Positions 28,294 to 37,189 of a DNA stretch of 64,000 nt are shown here, in pieces. The stretch is from positions 4,171-68,170 of the forward strand of contig CAITVK010000050.1 of assembly GCA_903895845.1 (NCBI GenBank), in the 5' to 3' direction. The notes below the pieces were generated by a model. That model was not told the DNA's origin. It saw nothing but the letters and a program-made list of their open reading frames with translations, and ran no database searches. The DNA comes from an uncultured Chitinophagaceae bacterium (GTDB lineage Bacteria; Bacteroidota; Bacteroidia; Chitinophagales; Chitinophagaceae). Positions within the stretch are counted from its first letter, which is position 1. Every line of letters begins with the position of its first letter. Made by a program: the position numbers and the translations under genes.

Positions 28294-29619
28294 TTAAACA
28301 TTAAATATCTTCTTCCCTGCGCTCGCTGAACCCTCTGTTATTTTATTGTCTTTATATACCGTTGTTCCGTTTACAATGGTCTCTGTTACTTTGCCAAACA
28401 AGGTGTTCCCCGTATAGGGACTCGCTTTATGCCGATGTAAGATTGCCTCTGCCTTTACCTCATACGACTCCTCAGGATGCCATATTATCAAATCGGCATC
28501 GTAACCAACGGCTATCTTCCCTTTTCGATTGTTTAGTTGTAAAAACTTAGCAGGATGTTCCGTGATTAATGGAATAAATGCTTCTAGTTTCATTACTTTC
28601 TTTAGGCTTGTCCAGCTGGCAGGTAATAGAAACTGCAATCCCGCAATGCCCCCCCAGGCTTTTAATAAATTACCACTTTCCAGTTCCTTTATGGATGGTG
28701 GTGCAGGGGAATGGTCACTTGCAATAAAATCCAGTATTCCTAGTTGCAGTGCTTTTTGAAGCATCAAGTTATTTGCTTTCTCACGAATGGGTGGTGCACA
28801 CTTAAACAGTGTTTGTCCATCGGGAATTGCTTCTGCATTAAAATAAATATAATGCGGACAGGTCTCTGCCGTTACAGGCAACCCTTCGCTTCTTGCTATC
28901 GCAATGTCTTCGATGGCATCCGAAGCCGACACATGAACAACATGTACCGCACAACCGTGTTGTTTACTCAATCCAATAACCAGTTTCACGGCTTCTACTT
29001 CCCATTCTTGCGGACGACTGGCCAGATAATTTTGATAACTGGCAGGCGCCTTCAAGAAAGCTTCGGAGACGTAACCATCCGATATTTCGCAATGAGCCAG
29101 CAATGGAATTTTGTATTTGGCAATCAACGGCATGACTTCATTCAAATCTTTCTCTTCTACATTAGGAAAGTCATCAATGCCCGAATGTACCAGAAAACAT
29201 TTTACACCCAATACGCCAGCCTCCATCAAAGCAGGCAATTCGCTACTATTTCCTGGAACCAATCCTGCATAAAAGCCACAGTTCACAGTTAGTTTTCCTT
29301 CTGCCGCTGCCAGTTTTTCCTCAAAGGCTGCAAGGGTGGTGGTTACAGGGCTAGCATTCAAAGGCATATCCACAATGGTTGTGATTCCACCCGCTGCCGC
29401 TGCTTGTGTGGCGGTATAAAATCCCTCCCATTCAGTACGCCCCGGTTCGTTCACATGCACGTGTGCATCTATTGCGCCAGGCATCAAAACGCCAGAGACG
29501 GCAGTGGCATCTTTTGTTTTATAAGGCAAAATCGCCGTTATCAACCCACCCTCTATTGCAATGGTAGCAGCCTGCAACTTGCCATCTATCCAACATTGTT
29601 CACTGTATATTTCCCTCAT
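28294..29619 (-). CDS. allB: Allantoinase (cyclic amidohydrolase)
   Basis: 441-aa ORF with GAIDAHVH metal ligands and the dihydropyrimidinase/allantoinase fold. It is adjacent to allantoicase. Confidence 0.8.
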   Translation of the reverse strand: MREIYSEQCWIDGKLQAATIAIEGGLITAILPYKTKDATAVSGVLMPGAIDAHVHVNEPGRTEWEGFYTATQAAAAGGITTIVDMPLNASPVTTTLAAFEEKLAAAEGKLTVNCGFYAGLVPGNSSELPALMEAGVLGVKCFLVHSGIDDFPNVEEKDLNEVMPLIAKYKIPLLAHCEISDGYVSEAFLKAPASYQNYLASRPQEWEVEAVKLVIGLSKQHGCAVHVVHVSASDAIEDIAIARSEGLPVTAETCPHYIYFNAEAIPDGQTLFKCAPPIREKANNLMLQKALQLGILDFIASDHSPAPPSIKELESGNLLKAWGGIAGLQFLLPASWTSLKKVMKLEAFIPLITEHPAKFLQLNNRKGKIAVGYDADLIIWHPEESYEVKAEAILHRHKASPYTGNTLFGKVTETIVNGTTVYKDNKITEGSASAGKKIFNV

Positions 29620-29673
29620 ATTCTCTTGTCTATGTGCTCTATTTCTCTATGTTCCTATGTGTTAAAACTATTC

Positions 29674-30150
29674 TTAGTACTCAACTTTTGCATTGCTTTC
29701 CTGCCATAGTCGGAAAGCTTCCAATGCTTCCTCCCGCAACAATTGCTTTGTAAACAGTTTTCTTTCGCCCAATGGCAATGCTATTTCCTCATAAATAAAC
29801 TGGTCGTCGAACTGAATTGCCGCAGCATCTGCCTTGGTATTGGCATAAAATAAGCGGGCAGGTCTAGCCCAATAGATGGCGCCGAGGCACATGGGGCAGG
29901 GCTCGCAACTAGTGTAGAGGTCGCAGCCGTCTAACTGAAAAGTATCCAATATTTTGCACGCATTGCGGATAGCAACCACCTCGGCATGGGCAGTAGGGTC
30001 GTTGCTGCTGGTAACCTGATTTGCCCCGCGGGCTATTATTTTGCCATCTTTTACAATCACTGCACCAAAAGGTCCGCCTTTTCCCTCTGTTACATTTGTT
30101 ATAGAAAGGCGGATTGCCTCTTTCATAAACACTTCTTCCTCATTCGTCAT
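29674..30150 (-). CDS. guaD: CDA-fold nucleoside/guanine deaminase
   Basis: 158-aa ORF with HAEVVAI...CEPCPMC zinc motifs. It is the size of the B. subtilis GuaD type and sits in a purine-catabolic neighbourhood. Confidence 0.7.
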   Translation of the reverse strand: MTNEEEVFMKEAIRLSITNVTEGKGGPFGAVIVKDGKIIARGANQVTSSNDPTAHAEVVAIRNACKILDTFQLDGCDLYTSCEPCPMCLGAIYWARPARLFYANTKADAAAIQFDDQFIYEEIALPLGERKLFTKQLLREEALEAFRLWQESNAKVEY

Positions 30151-30446
30151 TTTATTCAGGTATTATTTGTTTGTCAATATTATTTCTGTTGTTTACTTAG
30201 TGGGTCTTCGTTTTATCCTACTGTAGATTAAATTAGCAATTTCTGCATTTTTTTCAAAATTAAGGCATTGAAGATAAATAAAATACAGATAATATGGTTT
30301 TTAAATATTAAAATTAGATAGCTGGCTGATTGATGGCAGATTCAGGATGAAATAATGCTAGCGGATACTATTGCCCAAACAACAACGGCTATTTTGAAGT
30401 ATTACCTCCAAAACAGCCGCTATTCTATGTTCATTTTCTATTTATT

Positions 30447-31115
30447 TTATAAAATAGATGTGTTTTCTATCGGGCCAAAAGCGCCATAACCAATGGTGTT
30501 TTTGCCACAAACCATCACATTTATTTCCTCATTCTTCACAAAGCCAGTCAGCTTTTTGTGCTTCACACTTCCTTGCACAATCATCACCGGGCAAGGGCTG
30601 CCAGTGGGAACCGTAATGGCATCGGCAGTAACTGTCAATGCAAAAGCTGGTCCTCTAAAAATTACAAATACATAATCTTTTGCGCCAGTAATTTCTGGAG
30701 CAATCAAATTTACATAACCACCCTTTTCCACTTCTACAGTAACGGCTGCACCTGCAGCAGGCACTATTGTGTCGTGCACAATATCTCCAGTAGTGGCATC
30801 AAAGCCGCCCCTATTGATGGTATCCTTCACACCATTTGCCACCCCACTCACATAATCGGCACTATCCCTCAGTATAGTATCCATCTCTATGCAAGCGGTG
30901 TCCAAAGCATTTTTAGCCAATTCGCCATTTTTCCTGTTCGAATACAACGTATCCAATGCCGTTCGTTTTGTTAAAATCAATGCACCAGCAAACGGAGGGG
31001 CAGGGAACAACAATGGATTTGTGCCATAGCCGCCACTCACTTTTAAGGCCCTTTCAGACATTACGGTTGGTTCGGACACTTTCCAATTGAGAAGCGGAAC
31101 GATTTCTTTTGACAT
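30447..31115 (-). CDS. Hypothetical protein (orphan to me)
   Basis: 222-aa ORF with coding-like composition and no signal peptide. The N-terminal half looks helical and the C-terminal half beta-rich. A terminator-like hairpin lies downstream at ~30385-30420. Confidence 0.55.
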   Translation of the reverse strand: MSKEIVPLLNWKVSEPTVMSERALKVSGGYGTNPLLFPAPPFAGALILTKRTALDTLYSNRKNGELAKNALDTACIEMDTILRDSADYVSGVANGVKDTINRGGFDATTGDIVHDTIVPAAGAAVTVEVEKGGYVNLIAPEITGAKDYVFVIFRGPAFALTVTADAITVPTGSPCPVMIVQGSVKHKKLTGFVKNEEINVMVCGKNTIGYGAFGPIENTSIL

Positions 31116-31272
31116 TTTAATGATTTAATTAATCAACTAACATTGTTGATTGGGTGAAAGTAGGTTAGTAATTAACTTTCCAAATTTATTATTATGCTTT
31201 TCTAGGGTTTCAGGTGTAAAATAAAATCTACTTGAGCCAGTATTACCCCTTTTATTGAAATAAACACTACTG

Positions 31273-31482
31273 TTTAAGAAATAAAAGAGCTAGTTTATAC
31301 TTTAGAATAGCTAATGGAAAGAATAAAAGAGCTCTTTTATTTCTAAAACCATCTCTCCGAAAGTTTTAATTAGCTAATTGAAACTTTAAATTAGCTAAAT
31401 AATGTTTTAAAATAGCTAATTGAAAGAATAAAAGAGCTCTTTTATTTCTTAAACTACCTAATTAATTCTTTAAACTAGCTAG
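31273..31482. repeat. 21-bp tandem array D: 10 units, core TTWAAnTAGCTAA / AAAGAGCTCTTT
   Basis: AGCTA/AGCTC-type cores start at 31288, 31309, 31330, (31351 degenerate), 31372, 31393, 31414, 31435, 31456 and 31477, all 21 bp apart. The 28-nt block gaaagaataaaagagctcttttatttct occurs twice, at 31317 and 31422 (105 bp = 5 units apart). It contains a perfect 20-bp palindrome. Confidence 0.85.
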
Positions 31483-31660
31483 TTTTTTTCGGTTTATGGG
31501 CAGCTTTGCGATGAACAACCCTTATAGGATTTGAAATCCTATAAGGGTTTGCAGTGGTGTTGGGTGTGGATTGAGGTGATGGACTTATTTTTGGAAAATA
31601 AAAAACTAGTGAGAAAAACACTAACAGACTTAAAGCAATTTAAAATTTTCAAATTAAATT

Positions 31661-32440
31661 ATGAAAAAGAAAATGAAACCTGAAAATATTACAATACCAA
31701 GTCATCCAGTTGGTATGCCTTTACATCGGAATAGATTTGACAAAACGATTTGGGAATCAAGAAATTTATCTAATTTGGGAGATATTTATATATCTCGATT
31801 AAATGAAATTATAGAAAAAGGGTATGAAATACTCACAAAACAAATAGCAGGGGGAGCCATTGTAGTTGATAATGAAGCTTCATTTCAACTTCAATTTGCG
31901 TACATTTTAAAAACTATTGGCGAGTTGTATAAGTTCAGTTCTGATGATTTGTTTACGATAGAATTAGAAAGTAAGTTTTCTTTTACCGAAGGATTACAGA
32001 AAAGTAAATCCAAAAATGCAAGAATTGATGTCATCTTAACACTTGGTGATTCAACAAATTATGCGACCGCTGCAATTGAATTAAAATTTTTTAAGGAAAA
32101 AAATCATAGAGAACCTAATAATAGATATGACGTTTTTTTAGACTTACATAATCTAGAGAATTATAAAAAAGGGAAATTATTTGACATCACTCTTTTTATA
32201 CTCGGCACCAATCATAGTCACTATGTAAACCAAAAAGATTACTCACCGTTGACTACTTGTTTTGATTTCAGGGATGGCGCCCAATATCTTGCGGGTACTT
32301 TGCTAGTATATGAAACAGATAAACCTTATGGTAACCCACTAAGACTTGAAAATAATTACAATTTCAAATGGGATGTCATTGAGAAAAAATTTAATAACAC
32401 GGATAATTCTAATTTGTATTTTCTAAAACTTAAAGTTTAG
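31661..32440 (+). CDS. Hypothetical protein with a PD-(D/E)xK nuclease-like motif
   Basis: 259-aa ORF. ...NARIDVILTLGDSTNYATAAIELKFFK... gives D-x19-E-x-K in a beta-strand-like context, with an upstream acidic residue (VDNEASFQLQF). No methyltransferase gene is adjacent. Confidence 0.5.
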   Translation: MKKKMKPENITIPSHPVGMPLHRNRFDKTIWESRNLSNLGDIYISRLNEIIEKGYEILTKQIAGGAIVVDNEASFQLQFAYILKTIGELYKFSSDDLFTIELESKFSFTEGLQKSKSKNARIDVILTLGDSTNYATAAIELKFFKEKNHREPNNRYDVFLDLHNLENYKKGKLFDITLFILGTNHSHYVNQKDYSPLTTCFDFRDGAQYLAGTLLVYETDKPYGNPLRLENNYNFKWDVIEKKFNNTDNSNLYFLKLKV

Positions 32441-32516
32441 GAATAAAAAAATATTTTAGAAGTCAAGATATGTATACCCATTCTTTTCTTTCTATCTTAA
32501 AATCAACAGAAATATA

Positions 32517-32705
32517 ATGAGCGATATAGTAGCAACAGAGAATACCTTTTGCTTTCCTGTTTGCAATAAATGCAAGCATCATTTAGGGGGAGATAAATGT
32601 TACGCATTTGACAAAATACCTAAGGAAATTCTAATGGGAGACAATATGCATAATAAAGTTTTGTTGGAACAAAAGAATGATATTGTTTTCGAAGAAAAAA
32701 AATAG
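32517..32705 (+). CDS. Small Cys4 (zinc-ribbon-like) protein
   Basis: 62-aa ORF with C-x4-C-x2-C-x9-C (CFPVCNKCKHHLGGDKC). Whether it is coding is uncertain. Confidence 0.35.
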   Translation: MSDIVATENTFCFPVCNKCKHHLGGDKCYAFDKIPKEILMGDNMHNKVLLEQKNDIVFEEKK

Positions 32706-32868
32706 AACACATCTAGCTCAAGTCTTTCAGAAAATCATGATTTGGCGCAAAACCTATGGCTTGTGCCTAGCTGTTACTAAGTTTTATAAAACTTCATAAA
32801 ACAAATGAATCCGCCTCTTTAAACTTAATAAACCTACTTTTACAGAAATAATAATTATGGTAATCAAC

Positions 32869-33141
32869 ATGTCAGACATACAACTCTTCCAAATCTTAAA
32901 ACAAAAGATGGGCGAACAAGAGGCAGAGGCGTTGGTAACCTTTGTAGACCACAAGATAAAAGAAAACAACGAATTCAATTTGAATATACTTGCTACAAAA
33001 GCTGATATTCATGATTTGAAAGGCAACCTTGAGGTAAAAATAGCAGACTCAAAAGCAGAAATGATTAAATGGATGTTTATCTTTTGGATAGGTCAAGTAG
33101 CTGTTACAGTTGGTTTTCTAGTGGTTTATTTAAAAAAGTAA
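32869..33141 (+). CDS. DUF1640-like coiled-coil protein with a C-terminal TM helix
   Basis: The ORF opens at 32857; MSDIQLF at 32869 is an alternative start. LATKADIHDLKGNLEVKIADSKAEMIKWMFIFWIGQVAV resembles DUF1640-type proteins. Confidence 0.5.
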   Translation: MSDIQLFQILKQKMGEQEAEALVTFVDHKIKENNEFNLNILATKADIHDLKGNLEVKIADSKAEMIKWMFIFWIGQVAVTVGFLVVYLKK

Positions 33142-33166
33142 AAAGATATTGAAGCATAAAAAGTAG

Positions 33167-33192
33167 AGACGGATATTAATCCGTCTTTTTTT
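33167..33192 (+). terminator. Rho-independent terminator
   Basis: agacggat / atta / atccgtct followed by a T-run. Confidence 0.7.
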
Positions 33193-33261
33193 ATTGCAGA
33201 AAAGACCTTCGAATACGATTACTTAATAAATCTACCTAAATTTGGTTACAAGAAATTTTTT

Positions 33262-33495
33262 ATGAACGGAAGAATAATAAATATAGACCCAGAAATATTA
33301 GGAGGCACACCTGTTTTCTTTGGAACAAGGGTACCCATCAAAAACCTTTTTGATTATTTGGAAAGTGGCGATTCGATAGAAATATTTTTGGAAGACTTTG
33401 AAGGTGTCAGCAAAAACCAAGTAATAAAAGTATTGGAGATGTCGCAAAAACTAATTGAAACATCCTCAAATATTCTCCATGAAAATTTTGCTTGA
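33262..33495 (+). CDS. DUF433 antitoxin-like protein
   Basis: 77-aa ORF. IDPEILGGTPVFFGTRVPIKNLFDYLESGDSIEIFLEDF is the DUF433 pattern. Confidence 0.75.
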   Translation: MNGRIINIDPEILGGTPVFFGTRVPIKNLFDYLESGDSIEIFLEDFEGVSKNQVIKVLEMSQKLIETSSNILHENFA

Positions 33496-33805
33496 TGAAT
33501 GTGTTACCAAACGTTTGAAAAAACATTTGCCTTCTTTTGAAGTGTTTACAGTAAGGGAACTTGGATTGGGCGGAATTAAAAACGGCAAACTGATGGCTTA
33601 TTGCGTGGACAATGATTTTGAAATACTGCTGACGATTGACAAAAACCTTATGTTCCAACAAAACCTAGAAAAATATCCTGTTTCTATAGTTGTTCTAAAT
33701 TGTGTAACTAGCAAAATAGAAGAATTGATAGACTTTATTCCTAGTTTCCTAGTTCAAATTATAGAATTCAAGAAACACAATGCCTATCTAGTCAATAAAG
33801 ATTAA
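33479..33805 (+). CDS. DUF5615 (PIN-like) toxin-like protein
   Basis: The ORF track starts at 33455; I prefer ATG 33479 (MKILLDECV), which overlaps the DUF433 stop by 17 nt in typical TA fashion. Confidence 0.7.
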   Translation: MKILLDECVTKRLKKHLPSFEVFTVRELGLGGIKNGKLMAYCVDNDFEILLTIDKNLMFQQNLEKYPVSIVVLNCVTSKIEELIDFIPSFLVQIIEFKKHNAYLVNKD

Positions 33806-33939
33806 TGGCTTTTCTCTTAACCGAAAAGCCATCATTATTTTCGAAAACCGTTAACCTTCGCTTCCCTATAAACTTTTTCCGATAGATTTGCTTTATACCG
33901 AATTAGGTATATTATATCCCGCATTAAATAATTTGAATT

Positions 33940-35037
33940 ATGATTGGCTATCGTTTTATACAATTTGATCCCGCAGATAATACTAAAAGCAAGTTCGAAC
34001 AGATGCTCGATTTGTTTACCCAACTCCTCACCTACACCAATGGCGATGCCTCCGAAGCACTCAGTTGGATGAGCGAACTGGATAAGAAATACCAGTTTAC
34101 CAACAACGAATATGGCATCGGCGACTTTATAGACGACCTGAAAGAGAATGGCTACCTGAATGAAAACCCAGTAAATGGCGACTTTAAGATTACGAGCAAA
34201 ACGGAACAATCTATTCGTAAGAAAAGCCTGGAAGAGATTTTTGGCAAACTGAAGAAATCGAAACAAGGCAACCACCAAACAAAAAAGCCGGGTCAGGGGG
34301 ATGAAATAAGTTCGGATAGTCGCCCTTATCAGTTTGGGGATATGCTGGAGCAGATAGATTTTACCGAAAGCATCCGCAATGCGCAGATAAACCACGGCGT
34401 GGAAAGTTTCAGGATGCACGAAGACGACCTTCAGATAAGAGAAAACGATTTTAAAACGCAGACGTCTACAGTGTTGATGATAGACATTTCGCACTCCATG
34501 ATTTTGTATGGGGAAGACAGGATAACACCCGCCAAGAAAGTAGCAATGGCATTGAGCGAACTGATACAAACAAAATACCCAAAAGACACGTTGGACATTG
34601 TAGTATTTGGAAACGATGCCTGGCCAATAGAAGTGAAGGATCTGCCGTATCTGCAAGTGGGTCCTTATCATACAAACACCGTTGCAGGATTAGAATTGGC
34701 AATGGATTTATTGCGTAGAAGAAAGAACCCCAACAAACAGATTTTTATGATTACCGATGGTAAACCTACCTGTTTAAAGATTGGGGGACGGTATTATAAA
34801 AACAGTTTTGGGTTGGATAGAAAAGTGGTGAACCGTTGCATTAACCTTGCTGCACAATGCAAGAAACTAAAGATACCTATCACTACGTTTATGATTGCCA
34901 GCGACCCGTACCTGCAAAATTTTGTACAGGAATTTACAGAAATGAACAATGGTAAAGCCTTCTTTGCAAGCTTGGATAAGCTAGGTGCTTTCATATTCAA
35001 AGACTTTGAAAGCGGGAAGAGAAAGACGGTGTACTAA
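33940..35037 (+). CDS. von Willebrand factor A (VWA) domain protein
   Basis: 365-aa ORF with a MIDAS-like DISHSM and VVFGNDAW...FMITDGKPT. The 278-aa antisense ORF 33835-34671 is low-complexity and I reject it. Confidence 0.8.
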   Translation: MIGYRFIQFDPADNTKSKFEQMLDLFTQLLTYTNGDASEALSWMSELDKKYQFTNNEYGIGDFIDDLKENGYLNENPVNGDFKITSKTEQSIRKKSLEEIFGKLKKSKQGNHQTKKPGQGDEISSDSRPYQFGDMLEQIDFTESIRNAQINHGVESFRMHEDDLQIRENDFKTQTSTVLMIDISHSMILYGEDRITPAKKVAMALSELIQTKYPKDTLDIVVFGNDAWPIEVKDLPYLQVGPYHTNTVAGLELAMDLLRRRKNPNKQIFMITDGKPTCLKIGGRYYKNSFGLDRKVVNRCINLAAQCKKLKIPITTFMIASDPYLQNFVQEFTEMNNGKAFFASLDKLGAFIFKDFESGKRKTVY

Positions 35038-35041
35038 AGCA

Positions 35042-35069
35042 GTTGACCGTTGACCGCTTTCCGTTAACC
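35042..35069. repeat. 4 x GYTNNCC tandem heptamers
   Basis: gttgacc|gttgacc|gctttcc|gttaacc, immediately after the VWA stop. Confidence 0.65.
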
Positions 35070-35100
35070 GAAGATGTAAATCACAAACTGCAATTGCCTT

Positions 35101-35135
35101 AACTCATCACTCATAATTTATAACTCATAACTAAC
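35101..35135. repeat. 5 x AACTCAT-type tandem heptamers abutting the start codon
   Basis: aactcat|cactcat|aatttat|aactcat|aactaac, then ATG 35136. This is the same heptamer family as at 1196-1223 when read in gene orientation. Confidence 0.7.
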
Positions 35136-36449
35136 ATGCTGACTGCTTCCAAGAAAGTAATAACGGGCTGGGCTATGTACGATTGGGCCAACAGTGCCTA
35201 CAATCTGGTCATTACTTCTACTATTTTTCCAGCTTATTACGATGCCATCACAACCGTAAAAGATGCGGCGGGTAATGTGCTTTCCCACAAAGTAACGTTT
35301 CTGGGAAGCGAGTATGAGAGTGCTTCGTTGTACAATTATGCCATTGCATTTGCTTATCTGTTGATTGCACTCTTGTCCCCAATTCTATCTTCCATTGCAG
35401 ATTTCAAGGGAAATAAGAAGTCTTTCATGCAATTCTTTTGTTACCTCGGAAGCTTGGCTTGCTGCCTGATGTATTGGTTTACAAAGGATACACTCACACT
35501 AGGAATAGCTTGCGCCGTGATTGCCGCCGTAGGCTATTGTGGAAGTCTCGTTTTTTATAATGCCTACTTACCAGAGATAGCTGCCGAAGAAGACCAGGAT
35601 GATGTGAGTGCCAAAGGGTTTGCTTATGGATATATAGGTAGTGTATTACTACAGATTATCTGTTTCTTTTTTGTATTAAAGCCAGAATGGTTTGGTATAA
35701 CAGATGGCACTTTCCCAGCAAGATTATCTTTTTTATTGGTAGGATTGTGGTGGGCAGCATTTGCACAAATAACTTTTGCCACATTGCCTAAGAGTATTGC
35801 GACAGGCGTGTTAAAACAAGGAAACATAATAACCAATGGCTTTATTGAGTTGAAGAAAGTATGGCAACAAGCAGGACAACTTCCTGTATTGAAACGGTAT
35901 TTGATTGCTTTCTTCTTTTATAGCATGGGTGTACAAACGGTGATGCTTGCTGCAACACTTTTTGGTAGTCAGGTATTGCAGATGGCAACCAGTAAATTGA
36001 TTATCTGCATATTATTAATACAAATAGTAGCCATTGCGGGAGCTTATTTAATGGCAAAACTCTCTGATAGGTTTGGTAATTTTAATGTATTGGCGTTTGT
36101 TGTTTTATTATGGACAGCACTCTGTGTAGCCGCTTATTTTGTAACCAATGAAATGCAGTTTTATATACTAGCCTCTATTGTAGGATTGATAATGGGCGGA
36201 ATACAATCATTAAGTCGTTCAACTTATGCCAAGATAATGCCCGAGGGAACACACGACACAGCCTCCTTCTTTAGTTTTTATGATGTTACAGAAAAAGTAG
36301 CAATTGTAATTGGGATGGTAAGCTTTGGATTAGTGCAACAACTAACAGGAAACATGAGGAACTCGATACTGGCCTTGGTATTATTTTTCGTGATTGGTTT
36401 TATCGCTTTGTTGTTTACAATAAAGGAGCAGAAGAAAGGGGTAAATTGA
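35136..36449 (+). CDS. MFS transporter, UMF1/Atg22-like family
   Basis: 437-aa ORF with the GWAMYDWANSAYNLVITSTIFPAYY N-terminus and about 12 TM segments. Confidence 0.8.
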   Translation: MLTASKKVITGWAMYDWANSAYNLVITSTIFPAYYDAITTVKDAAGNVLSHKVTFLGSEYESASLYNYAIAFAYLLIALLSPILSSIADFKGNKKSFMQFFCYLGSLACCLMYWFTKDTLTLGIACAVIAAVGYCGSLVFYNAYLPEIAAEEDQDDVSAKGFAYGYIGSVLLQIICFFFVLKPEWFGITDGTFPARLSFLLVGLWWAAFAQITFATLPKSIATGVLKQGNIITNGFIELKKVWQQAGQLPVLKRYLIAFFFYSMGVQTVMLAATLFGSQVLQMATSKLIICILLIQIVAIAGAYLMAKLSDRFGNFNVLAFVVLLWTALCVAAYFVTNEMQFYILASIVGLIMGGIQSLSRSTYAKIMPEGTHDTASFFSFYDVTEKVAIVIGMVSFGLVQQLTGNMRNSILALVLFFVIGFIALLFTIKEQKKGVN

Positions 36450-36551
36450 TTGGATTTTGTTTGTAAATGTGAACTAGAACCTAGTAGAAATAAGAAGGCC
36501 ACCAGTAGAAACCGGCGGCCGTTATCCTATAAAAACCAAAACCAAAACTTG

Positions 36552-36570
36552 AATGCTTTATAAAAGCATT
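36552..36570 (+). terminator. Short hairpin after the MFS gene
   Basis: aatgcttt / ata / aaagcatt followed by an A/T-rich tract. Confidence 0.35.
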
Positions 36571-36785
36571 TATATAATTATTTTAATCAGTAGTAAGAAC
36601 TTAGTTTTAATTGTTGTTAACAAACCAAGTGATTTATTAACTATGGAGTGCAAATATAAAGGCAAAATTTAAATTTCAAAACATATTTTGTAAGAAATAC
36701 ACATTAATTATTTTTTTTAACGTATTTTTTGTTGCCTATTACCAATTTGATAAATGAAAGCGTGCTACTTGATAGATTTTTAAGA

Positions 36786-36793
36786 TACTTTTG
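36786..36793 (+). promoter_or_regulatory. Candidate Bacteroidota -7 box (TAnnTTTG)
   Basis: TACTTTTG lies 21 nt upstream of ATG 36814. The following CCGCA(C)AAAT resembles the leaders of the RRM gene (ACCGCAAAAT, 13829-13838) and pckA (ACCGCAAAAT, 46767-46776). Confidence 0.35.
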
Positions 36794-36813
36794 CCGCACA
36801 AATTAAAAGCAGG

Positions 36814-37149
36814 ATGTACACAATTAATATAGCATTTGAACAAAAGGGAGTCGCTGCAACTACATTGACTAACATTGACTACGGCGATAGCCTGCTGGAA
36901 ATTTTATTGGATAACAATATAGAGTTACACCATAACTGTGGTGCTGTTTGTGCTTGTAGCACTTGTCATTTATATGTTGAAAGTGGAGAAGACTACCTAC
37001 AAGAATTATCTGATAAGGAAGAAAACTTTATTGACAGGGCTGTCAACCCAAGAATTAATAGCAGACTAGGATGTCAATGTATATTAAAGAAAGGGGAAGG
37101 CACTATCAATATTTTGTTGCCGGATCAAACACAGTTTTTGGGAGAATAG
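36814..37149 (+). CDS. fdx: [2Fe-2S] ferredoxin, ISC/adrenodoxin type
   Basis: 111-aa ORF with the C-x5-C-x2-C...C pattern (CGAVCACSTCH ... GCQC). Confidence 0.85.
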   Translation: MYTINIAFEQKGVAATTLTNIDYGDSLLEILLDNNIELHHNCGAVCACSTCHLYVESGEDYLQELSDKEENFIDRAVNPRINSRLGCQCILKKGEGTINILLPDQTQFLGE

Positions 37150-37189
37150 AAAGAAGCTATATTGAGAACTAAGCTAAATAATAATTATT

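Noticed and set aside
31116-33830. Calling the A+T-rich islet a mobile element
   Set aside because: No integrase, transposase, tRNA target, terminal inverted repeats or flanking direct repeats could be found by eye. I describe it only as an accessory islet.
33835-34671. 278-aa minus-strand ORF
   Set aside because: It lies entirely antisense to the VWA gene. Its composition is odd (rich in F/R/Y/H/Q) and it shows no motif. The + strand product has a clear MIDAS/VWA pattern.
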